Under the pieces are notes generated by a model. It ran no database searches, had not been told where the DNA came from, and saw only the letters and a program-made list of their open reading frames with translations. Positions 39,301-49,082 of a stretch of DNA of 64,000 nucleotides are shown here, piece by piece. The position numbers and the translations under genes were made by a program. The stretch's first letter is position 1. Each line of letters opens with the position of its first letter. The DNA comes from Convolutriloba macropyga (Eukaryota), in contig NC_134468.1 of assembly GCF_964194025.1 (NCBI RefSeq), positions 6,200,001 through 6,264,000 of the forward strand, written 5' to 3'.

Positions 39301-42300
39301 TTTGTAAAATATAAGATTAAATCTAAAATTGAAACGCCAAATGGCACCTTTGTAAATAGGCAAGTAATTTAATACGTTCCTGTGAAAATTGAAATTTAAT
39401 CCATTATGAAAAGGACTTCGAATATGATGAAACCAATCACTAGGCATCCAGTAACGCCGAAGGCCGTAAAAAACGACAAATTGCAAACACAGATTCAAAA
39501 CTATCACAGTTCCAAAAGCGTCAAGTATATGAACATTTGAAGCAAAGATCTCAGACTTCGGCTACTTCCGGCTCCAATCGGATAAAGAAAGGGAAATTAA
39601 AAGGATTTTACTCGAGATATACAAGGCAAGCAGAAAATGACGACACTGACGACTCCGATTCCGATGAATACGATTCGGAAGAATACGAATATGAGTATGA
39701 AGGCGACACCGATTATGATTACGGAGATTACCAAAATTATGAAGATTATCAGAGGCAAAACGAGAATTTCAACCCATTTGATCAATTCGTCAACATATCT
39801 GAAAACGATTATTTCACTTTTTATGAGAAATCGAAACTACCCGATTTTTCGGACTTCAGATTAGCGACATTTTTTACGCAAAATGAAATGAAGTACAACG
39901 GGTACCAGAAAAACGATTTCATTGTTCAGTGCACATTTGACGGTAAAAAATGCGGAGCAACTTGGTTTAAAACATACCAAGACCCGTATTACGGAAACTG
40001 TTTCACTTTCAACTCAATCCGAGATAGAAATTTGTCAAATCCGGTTTTCATTCGGTCAAGTGCCAAAACAGGGCAAGAGTATGGGCTAAAACTCACTCTG
40101 TTCTTTGACGTGGAAGAGTATATTGGTCTTCTGGGACAGAATGCTGGCGGGAGGGTTCTGGTTTTTGACCCAGAAACAGAAGGACATGTCAGATCTCAAA
40201 GTTCTGCAGTGGGAGCAGGTACAATCACATTCATCTCAATCAGGTCAGCAAAACTAATCTTACAACATTATACTGTAATTAACAAATGCATTATAATTTG
40301 TGATAAAATCCATGACATTGACAAGAATATGTTCTGGGAGATTTTCTTCATGCAACCAAGAGTCACGCGAACATGCAGATAAAAACTGAAACATGACCGA
40401 CTCAGGTCGGAAGAACTGTTCCGAAACGACTGGCGAAGGGTTGGTTTTCGTAGTCGATAGCTCAAGCTAGGGAGCAGATCTTGACTGGGTGAAGAGGAAG
40501 TGTAAAGTGTAGAGGGGGCAAAATTAGGCCTACACAGCAGATGTTGTCGGATTGAGCGAGGGAGGGCTGCCATGCGGGGTTGTTGCAAGAGGGGTCCAAA
40601 GCTCCCGAGAATAGCCCTCTCGCCATACATAAATTGGTCTGATTGGCAGTTTCGGTTATTAGCAAACTTGTAAGCCACTGAGAGGACTCCTCAGCGACTT
40701 ACTGCCCTTGTGCTTTAATAGCCAGCAGATTGCCGGAAAATAGCCGCCGTTGACGCACTAAACGCACATCGGGATTGAAACAGAAAAAAAAGAAGAGATA
40801 GAAATTGACAAAAAAATTTTCCTAAGTTTCAGAAATTGTTCTAATTCAGTGCGCAGTTTGTTAGATTCTAAATCTATACTTACTTCAGCTTCTAAAATGA
40901 AAGGTATTAAACTTAATATTAATATCAGCAAGCAATCGCTCTAAGGAACTTTGATAACCTAACGCACTATGACATAATGACCGGGCTTTATCGGTTTATC
41001 CATTTTCGTTTGATTTTAATTTTGCTCTTTTAACATTGACCGCATTCACTACATTCCGTGATTTAATGCGTTAAAGAATTTAGAATCCATTCAGTTGAAA
41101 TATATTTTATAGTTTCTAACAGACTATCTAGGAAGGCAAATTTAGTTACTGATTTCTCTAGTTCGGTTATAGAAAATTCTGCGGAATTAAAACGGATTTC
41201 TAAATTCAAATGAACTGTGAACCTCGTGAAAAATTTGTACCATACCAAGTACTAAATTGGTATTAAGTTAGAACAGAAAGTCACACTGAAACTAACAGCT
41301 TTGTTCAAGAGCAAATCAGGAAAAAAACTCGCCGAGAAAATTAATTCAAGGATCTGGTAATAATTTCCACTTGAACCGGAAAAAAATTCAAGAAACGTCA
41401 AATTGCCCGGATAAAAATGCATGGAAAAAATAAGTAAATTCAAAACAATAACAACGAAGGAGTTGACAAAATTATTTCATTAAATTCAATTTGCGAAAAC
41501 TCTAAAATCAACAACCTAAGACTCTTTAAAAGAAGTGAACGTTCACAGAAAGAATTGAAACCTTAAAAAGTTTGGGCTGCAAAAAAGTTAGCATTATCTA
41601 AGATTTCAGAATTTTGGTTCACCGTAGGTATCAAAGCAGTTCAAAGAACCATTCAGCACAATACAAACTGTTTATACATATACTGTAACAATTTATACAG
41701 GTAGTAATCAACTACAAAAAATCAATTTTAATCTACCCAGACACACACACAACCAATTCCTCAGTATACAAACAAATAGCTCCGGGAATTTACAACGGCC
41801 CTATGATATTTTTATCAATTTTCAATATGAGTATTAGGTTTTTGTATTGTTTTAAATATATTAAACTCTTAAATATAAAACCATCAATTAGGATAAAAAT
41901 TTCCTCATTATATCTCTGGTACCTACTGGAGAAAAAAGTAGTTGAATGTTCGGCTCAATTTTAAAGAAAAACTAGATAATGAGCCAACAGTTTTACTTTT
42001 TTGCAATTTTTAATCAGAGAACCAATTTCTGGAAAGTGAGCAAAACAGTTCCAATAGTTAAATATACATCTTGAAACGATGTTTTTTTTGCTTTTTACCA
42101 TCACAAACGGTGATAATAAGAGTTTGACCATTGAGCACACTTTTTTAGGTTACCGACTTCTATCTACCGTAGTATTTGATACTTTAGAAAAAAAACCATT
42201 AACTTTTCGAAGAAATTTTAAATTTCGATAGTTTTTTTTTCCAAAATGAACCACTTTGGCAAAAAAGGGTTGTTTTGAGCAGTGATTTAAGGTAATATTT

Positions 42301-44962
42301 AGGACCAATAGCCACCATTGGGGTAGAATTTTTAAACAAATTAGTTCTCGTTTATATCTCACATCAGTAAGACACCCCAATTTAAGACTTTTAAAAACCC
42401 TTCTAAATGAGGCAAAAAAATTGATCCCCAAGCTGCTTATTTTTGAGATATCTTCACTTGTCTATGGCTCGATAAAAATGTCATCCTGGTATGAAGCTAA
42501 TGGCATCTTTCAGCATACCCAAAAAAATTCTAGTTAAAGTTTGCTACTTTTAAGGCACAAAATAATTTTCTGCTATTATGATCAACTGTCTCCAATTCAA
42601 AAAGTTCGATTTAACTGGTCTTTAAGGACTCAACTAGTCAAAATTGTCACTTTTCGTAGATTTCTTATACAATGCTCCCTGATTTTGTGGCTCCAAAACT
42701 GCGCATTGAAATATTTTCCAAATTTGCGAAAAAACGTTTAATACAGTTCAACCAAACAGCATCTAACTTTTATCTCTTTGCCAGCATCACTAATCGATCG
42801 GATCGCACACTTCAGGACTTCGTTAATTTGATATAGTTATGTGCAACACGTTTGACGAAATTTATGAGTTCACAATTCCCGTGATTCTGCCCTCAGGTGG
42901 CATAAAGTTTTTTTTGCACAGGTTTACGCAAATAGAACGCGAAGGGGGTAAATACGGCAACTGCACTGAGGGCTGGCCTGACTTTTTGCAACTGAACACA
43001 GAATTTACGACAAAGTGGCCGAAATACGACAGAGAGACTTGTCTCTTCTACTGTCTGCAGAATGCGATGGCAGAGAGCTGTGGATGCACAGACAGTTACG
43101 AATTCAACTTCAGCACTAATTCAGTCATCAACAGGGCATCCCAGTTCTACTGTGACGTCACTAACAGAACAGAAAGCGAATGCAGACAAAGTAAGATAGC
43201 AAATAATACTATATTCCCCTCTCAACCACCGTGCATCTCAAAAAAGAGCTTGACCAATCTTCGCAGCAATAATGTTACCGCGTCAAAGTTTCAAACGCAG
43301 AAAAAGTTGCCATAAACACCAAAAAAGTATTCAGGCTCACAAAATGAAATTTAGGGAATAATAAATAGGAAGGAACAGCTGAGAACAGGCTACTGCTAAG
43401 GCGCTGCAGACTAAATAAATTATGCAGAAACAAATTTTTAGTATCAGAAAATAAAGGTTAACAGATCGAGTTCTGATACAACCGAGATCAAACTTAACAT
43501 CCCCATATCAGAAAGATTTTCGGAAAGCTTTTGGACTGAAGCGATTTTGAGAAAAATCAAATCAATGTAGTTTATCTGAAATCAGCCATGCCGTGTTGTT
43601 TAAAGAATTGAACTTAACAGATTTAAAAAATAATAGCATCTTATCCTTTTGACCCAAGCATGGTGTGTGAACATAATTTGCACCTCTAAACGCACAATGC
43701 CATTTTTACGTAACTATTCACTATGCTATAGCACGTGCTCTGTGAGATAATTTTGAAAATAAAAAAAAAATGAGAACTTTTCTTTGTCAAAACTTCATAA
43801 AGTCAAAGAAGAAATTACCTGTTAAATTCTTAAGTTGCGGTGAGAAGAAAAAGCAACAAAATTAAACTTGATTCAGACTATTATTTCGTCTGGGCGCTAT
43901 CAATATTGAACTATTAATCGAATGTCAAGGTAAACTCTCGTACCTATAGAAACCTGATTTAAACATCCACTGACCTCAAACTGCTTAACTCGATTGCATG
44001 AAAAGAAACATAATTAGAAATACATTTCACACGCCCAAAACAGAAAATGTTCTTATAAAATTCAAATTTTTTCTGTATATTTTTGCATAGATAAGTACGC
44101 GCTGAATTTTGCATATTTTCAGGAAACAATTTTAAATAAAATTTCAGTTCATTCAATTCTTTTTACCCGTGCTCGAGGCCACAACAGTGCAACTGGGGTG
44201 CATATCGTACTGTTGGGGGCAAGCCGAAAAGGTTCTATTCATCAATATTATAAACAATATAGGCAAAAAAAAAAGAAAATAGAAAATTTGGATCTTTTTC
44301 GTTTCGTGTTTTTAAGCCCCCGATTACAATCTATGAGCGGTTGTATAACACGTTACTCGCTAGAAAAAAGCACTTAAGCCTGGCCATGTAAAAGTTAAAT
44401 GCACACTAAGCTGTGGGGTGACAGCATAGATCCGAAAACTTTGACTAAGAAAATTTACTCAAAGATCCAATTACTTTACACACAGTGAGAAGTGAGAGTA
44501 ACACTGTTTTCCTGTTTAGATATTTACAACAAATTCAAGGACAGCACTCTTGACTGTGGAAGGTGTCCTCAAGGTTGCAAAACAACCCACTTCAGTCAGC
44601 GACAGTCGACATCTCCTTGGCCATCTGAGGCGTTCGCTGCATTTTTTGCTACAAACATGCTCAAATCCAAATCAGAGCGAGTCCTCAATTACATGTCAGA
44701 TATCATGAACAACGAAAACTTGACAGAAGCTACACTAAAGGACAGTTTCCGCAAAAACTTTGCTCGCGTTGAAGTCTTCTATGAATCCTTGAATTTTGAA
44801 AAGATGTCTGAAAGTCCAGCATATGAACTGGTTGACCTCATAAGCGACTTTGGAGGTAATATTGGACTTTGGCTAGGCTGGAGTGTACTGGCTGTTTTCC
44901 AAATTGTCCAATTTTTGTACGAAGTTGGGGAGATACTCATTTGTAAACGGAACAAAAAATGA
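24167..44962 (+). CDS. DEG/ENaC channel subunit A with LDLa-LDLa-like-CUB insertion in the finger domain (~910 aa, 10 exons)
   Basis: Exons 24167-24353, 25417-25564, 30122-30386, 33957-34083, 34355-34503, 35542-35680, 37389-37594, 39444-40243, 42922-43190, 44520-44962. Intron phases chain 1,2,0,1,0,1,0,2,1 into one frame of 2733 nt. Motifs: TM1, FPAVTVCNENP, CTFDGKKC, YGNCFTFN, GLKLTL, Cys-rich thumb, TM2 LISDFGGNIGLWLGWS. Confidence 0.9.
25417..25564 (+). CDS. Channel A exon 2 (pre-TM1 and TM1)
   Basis: ctctAG|...HRILQIIWILAYIGLTALFLYQF AG|GT; closely matches 52801-52954. Confidence 0.88.
30122..30386 (+). CDS. Channel A exon 3 (post-TM1 FPAVTVCN motif, start of LDLa1)
   Basis: tttcAG|..KNYLKYDVDISIEIQTAQSLKFPAVTVCNENPLRR...PDCAEGFDACSNTK|GT. 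Confidence 0.92.
30953..33594 (-). mobile_element. ~2.6-kb family E element, copy 2 (intron 3 of channel A); a related right end lies at ~985-1170
   Basis: Hairpin GTGC-gatg-GCAC + GTTCCGACCC ... GGGTCGGAAC; shared terminal TTGAGTATATAGTTCC block. Confidence 0.75.
33957..34083 (+). CDS. Channel A exon 4 (LDL-receptor class A repeat, C-terminal half)
   Basis: tttcAG|[27 protein letters not shown]...EEQ G|GT. Confidence 0.9.
34355..34503 (+). CDS. Channel A exon 5 (second, degenerate LDLa-like repeat)
   Basis: tttAG|GICNWPYIQCPDEELCAVKCDNRSECTETKGYDESLKAGCTDNSCIFILE|GT; paralogous exon at 59469-59617. Confidence 0.85.
34899..35401 (-). mobile_element. Helentron/DINE-like family B (~500 bp); other copies ~9838-10346, ~62415-62894, partial ~9170-9700; related termini at ~40716 and ~60500-61016
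   Basis: Hairpin CTGGCA-gat-TGCCAG + AATAGCCGC ... GCGGCTATT; shares an internal core (GAGGTAAGTCA..., AAATGACGTCAC) with family A. Confidence 0.7.
35542..35680 (+). CDS. Channel A exon 6 (CUB domain N-half)
   Basis: tttcAG|ANLTEQYITSDNYPNNYDSNTDCLWWIDATESDDKIDITFEDLFAE G|GAGAG (non-canonical donor). Confidence 0.85.
36200..36288. repeat. (GT)n/GTGCGC compound microsatellite running into an assembly gap (N 36289-36635)
   Basis: Directly visible. Confidence 0.95.
37389..37594 (+). CDS. Channel A exon 7 (CUB domain C-half)
   Basis: cAG|GSPGDCFDYVELYDGPTVNASAIKIDGRQKACGYSSPKKKTYSSTGSSLLVRFVSDQLNNFRGFRISYQ. Donor is either GC at 37595 or a weak GT at 37605. Confidence 0.85.
37627..39035 (-). 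mobile_element. Helentron/DINE-like non-autonomous element family A: two head-to-tail 523-bp copies plus a degenerate third
   Basis: Units start at 37627 and 38150. One end has hairpin CCGGCA-gat-TGCCGG followed by ATAGCTGCGAA; the other end has its inverted repeat TTCGCAGCTAT. No TSD visible, A/T-run junctions. Confidence 0.75.
39444..40243 (+). CDS. Channel A exon 8 (furin-flanked basic tract, acidic tract, finger/beta-ball/palm)
   Basis: TAG|ASSNAEGRKKR...RYTR...DSDSDEYDSEEYEYEYEG...FIVQCTFDGKKC...YYGNCFTFN...GLKLTL...TFISI AG|GT. Confidence 0.9.
42922..43190 (+). CDS. Channel A exon 9 (Cys-rich thumb)
   Basis: cacAG|..KYGNC...YDRETCLFYCLQNAMAESCGC...ECRQ A|GTAAG. Confidence 0.92.
44520..44962 (+). 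CDS. Channel A exon 10 (end of thumb, knuckle, TM2, short C-tail, stop)
   Basis: tttAG|..CGRCPQGC...SPWPS...NFARVEVFYESLNFEKMSESPAYELVDLISDFGGNIGLWLGWSVLAVFQIVQFLYEV..TGA. Confidence 0.93.
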
Positions 44963-47900
44963 CAATTTATACAGCTTGTTGAGAACAATTTGGACCGAAG
45001 GAGCGCAAAATTTCAATGAAAAGTTTAAAATTTCTCAAACATTGTTTTTAATATATACAGTTAAATATTTAACTTTATCATCTCCGCGGATGAACCAGAG
45101 AGGATGGGCAGTCATCATTAACTGACTAAAAGAAAATGCCATATACCGATTGCCTTTGTTCAAATAATGTTGTGCTATTTTATCGCTTCACATAAATGTC
45201 CCATTAATTAACCATAAAAACTTTTAGTGTGTGTATGTCATCACAAGCTTGCAAAGTATATTTTTGAAATTCTATATTTTTACTCCTTCAATTTTTACTC
45301 CTTACGATCTTATCTTGCTTACTTCAACAACATGCGGTTAAAAATGGGATATTGTAGTAATAACAAATTGGATTTGGCTGTCAAGTAAATAACTGGCTTC
45401 AGGCTGCCTTCTTAGTCTAACATTCATCCTATCCATTAAATCCTATAAAAAATGTTTGTTTCAAATTTGTGGAACCAACAAAACTGATGTGATTGACCGC
45501 TGTTTTTAATAGACTCTAATTCAAACAAAAACGGAACTAATTTAAACCATGGAGTGGATTCATTTCACTATTTGCATTGAATGCCCAAAAAAAATTGGCA
45601 TTGACGGTTTTTGAAGTTAACAACAAAAACTTTACTGCATCACAGAACAACTGACGTCATCTTTGAGAGCAAAAGAGCATAGGAACTTCAAGAATCAAAT
45701 CATCACTAATTTAAGCAACATTCAACTCAAGATTGTAAAGCAAAAGATTATTCCCTCATCCCATCCCAAATTACGTAAATAATTAATTAGGTTCCTACTT
45801 TCTTCTCAGTTTCTAAGGAGAACAGTTTCAGGGAGGTGACGCAATTAATCATTAATCAATTTATTTTGTAAGATAAATTAAGAATTCTTTTGTCGTGGCT
45901 TAAGCAACATAAAACCTATACGGATAAAGAGGTAGACAGCCGGACCCGCCGTTGATAAATAACGTTTTCAATCATATTCAAAGAGGTCTCTATTAATTTC
46001 ATTTGATAATTGATTCATCATTGTCTCTCCTTGAATTATTTCAAACAGGAGCAATCTACCGTCACTTTTGATCGCAAAAATTACAGGTTTTCTTCCAACT
46101 AAAAACAAGTCCAACTAAAACACTAAAAATTGGAAACAGATCTTTGAACTATGATACAATTTCAGATTCTGTCGCTAAATGTAGCCGCTATATTGTTTAC
46201 TTGTTTACATAATTCAAGGCTTATATTATCTTTGAACGTGATCTGCCCTCCCCCCCCCCCCCCCCAAGCAAAAAGAAAACCCTATCAACTCTTTTGTAGC
46301 AGATCAAGGTGCTTCAAGCAGCTGATTACTCCAATCATAAGATCATTTTTCATCAGATTTATTGATATAACGTGCAGTTTACAACAGTTTCATTATTAAA
46401 ACAATTTTAACTCTTTAAATCTATTACGACAGTTTAGACATTAACTTCTTATTTTTTTCATAAGGCTAAGTTCAGTTACAGAACATACTTTTTAGTGAAG
46501 ACAATTTTGACTCATTCAGATTTGAAAAGAGAACCCACTCCGCAACAACATTCCCTATTTTTGGAGAATTAGCCTGTTTTAAATACAAGTTCACTAGTTT
46601 AAATTTTTAGCGAACTAAGAAATTCTATCCTTAAAAAAAATATTTCGTTTTCTCTTCTATACAACTTTAAAATTGAAAAATTACATAGATATAAACATAT
46701 AAAAACATTTAAAACAACATTTATTATGCCAAACAAAAAAAGAGTCAGAACGTGTTTAAATTCACATTTTGCTGAGTAAAAACACGTAGCCACTAGAAAT
46801 GGTCATTATTTGAAAAAACTTCATATATGATATCAGGTACTGGGTAATTTTGGTAAACTCATAAAAACATTGCAAATTAAAAATAAATTACAAAATTTAA
46901 CCTGCAAAAACCAAAAATGCTGAATAACGGTGCGCAAAAAGTTTTAAAAAGCTGTTATCGAAAAATAGAAAAAAGGTAGCGACTTTGAATTACCTTTCAA
47001 TGTCTTTCCAAAAAAAAACGGTTAAATTTAATATCTCGATTGAAACTTCTACTTTTAACCGAGTTTTAAAAATATTGTGAATGCAGGGTGTATTACAATT
47101 GCCAAGTGCGTTAGTCCTATTCAACGGGTAAGAAGTTTTGACGTTGCCATGGCTAAGTGTTTACAAAAAGTGTTTGTTTCTGAAAAACAACTAAGTGGTA
47201 AATTAAGTATTTTAAAAAATTAAACGAAATATCCAGCAAAGTTTTGAGATCAATTACTGATTGACAATCTATCTGCACGAGCACACTAACGAGCCTCCCT
47301 TGATAGACAGTGAACTGAAGTGAGTGAATGAAAGACAACAAACAAAGATAAAACAGAAAAAAGCATAAACGAATTAGACAATAAAAAGCAAAAAGAAAGA
47401 GAAGCAGGACAATAGAAACAAATAAAATAAAGAATAAAATCAAATGAAAAGAAAGATAACAAAAGAAAAATACAAGAGGAACAACCTATAAAAACGTCAA
47501 AAAAGAAAATAAAGGCGTTAAAATGAATACAAACGACAGTAACAAAACGCTAAAGGTTTTCTCTTCTTTTAATTTTTTGCAGCAATGATTTTCTTTCATC
47601 ATCAACCCATTTTTTGCATGAACACCTTTTCATTACACTTTTACGAATAACCGCTTTTTGGTCCCTGGTCCCTCCTGCATTCTCCCGTTTTCAGTTATTG
47701 TCTCTGTTATCTGCACATTTTTGGTCATTACACTTGAAGAATCGTTTTGCGGCATTCGACATTTTTGTGTTCCCACATATTCAGCCATTGACCACTACTG
47801 ATGTGTCTATTTAACTATGGTTGTTCTATAGGTCATTTAAACACGCCACTCGAAGCGCTGCAACCTGTACTTATATACTGTCACTCTTAATATACAAGAT

Positions 47901-49082
47901 GAGACGATTATCAAATGATAAACACAATTTTGTCATGAAAAATCACCCAATTTAGAAAAAAATTCAATCAGCAGCTTTTTCTCAATCTGTTAATAGAACT
48001 GACTGTCTTATTAAACAATTAAATTTCCAAAATTGCAAAACAGCAGCTGCTCTACAGTCGAATAAATTCTACAATCGGAAACTGTATCAACCTGATCAAG
48101 AAATAGTGACAACCAAAGTCACCTGAAAGTTCAAAAAAAGCTCAAAATTTGCTTTGTCTCTTCTGGAAAGTACACAGGTAATAAATAACAAACAAAGCAA
48201 ATTTGCGAATGTAGTGCCAATTGAAGAGGGCTCAAGATTGGTTCAAACTCGGTATAGGAAAAACACAGCATAAGCTTTGTTTGAAAAAATGAAATCACAA
48301 CGCAAGCCATTGCCGCAAAGCTATCAAAAAAGATAATCAAAAATTGAGAAAACATTTCAATAATAGCAATAACATTGACTGTTGTATGATTAATTGAAAG
48401 GCCTCAATCAAATATGATTTTTCTAACACTACATCTAACAGTCGATTGATGAAAGTTGACAAAGAGACGCAGACTTAGAACAACAAATACAATTCCCTTT
48501 TGAGAGAAAAATAAATCTGCAGATCAATATCATTAATAAATACAAAGACTTTAAAATTAACATCTACTAAATCACACGTACTTTCCCCACACACACGATA
48601 AATTAAACAAAAATCAGGAAAGAGTCGAAAATTTGCTAAGAACTTCAAATCAATCCTGATTTCTTTATATTTTGAGGAAGTTGCTATTTTTTCTAAATCA
48701 TAGCTTTTTGGTTGTTCATTCTCATTTATTAGAATATTTTCCAAAATTTCCATGTTTTCCATGATTCTTGTTTTTTATCTTGTCAACGTAGATTGAAGGC
48801 TTTCATTGTCAATACGATAAGATTTAAAACGCAGTTAACTTATATATGCAGTTCAAATTTGCAAGGCAAATTCTTACAACTAAAGCAACTAAGGTTCCAA
48901 AAGAGCGTCGTGGTGCGCCTACATTTTCACAGAACGGTCTGCAATTAATTGCAAATTTTGTCAGTAAATTTTTTGCTGTCAGTTAGAATTTTATTGTTGT
49001 CAGTATTTTAGCTATGGAAACTTGACCTCAATCGAACTTCTTTTCAAATAAGATTAGACAGCTTACACGTTATGTAGCAGAT

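Noticed and set aside
40268-40678. 136-aa minus-strand ORF in GC-richer intronic DNA
   Set aside because: No recognisable domain; the region begins with a family-C-like hairpin (CCGAC-tcag-GTCGG), so probably repeat-derived.
48475-48762. 95-aa ATG-initiated ORF upstream of channel B
   Set aside because: No motif I can recognise; possibly a transposon relic, unsupported.
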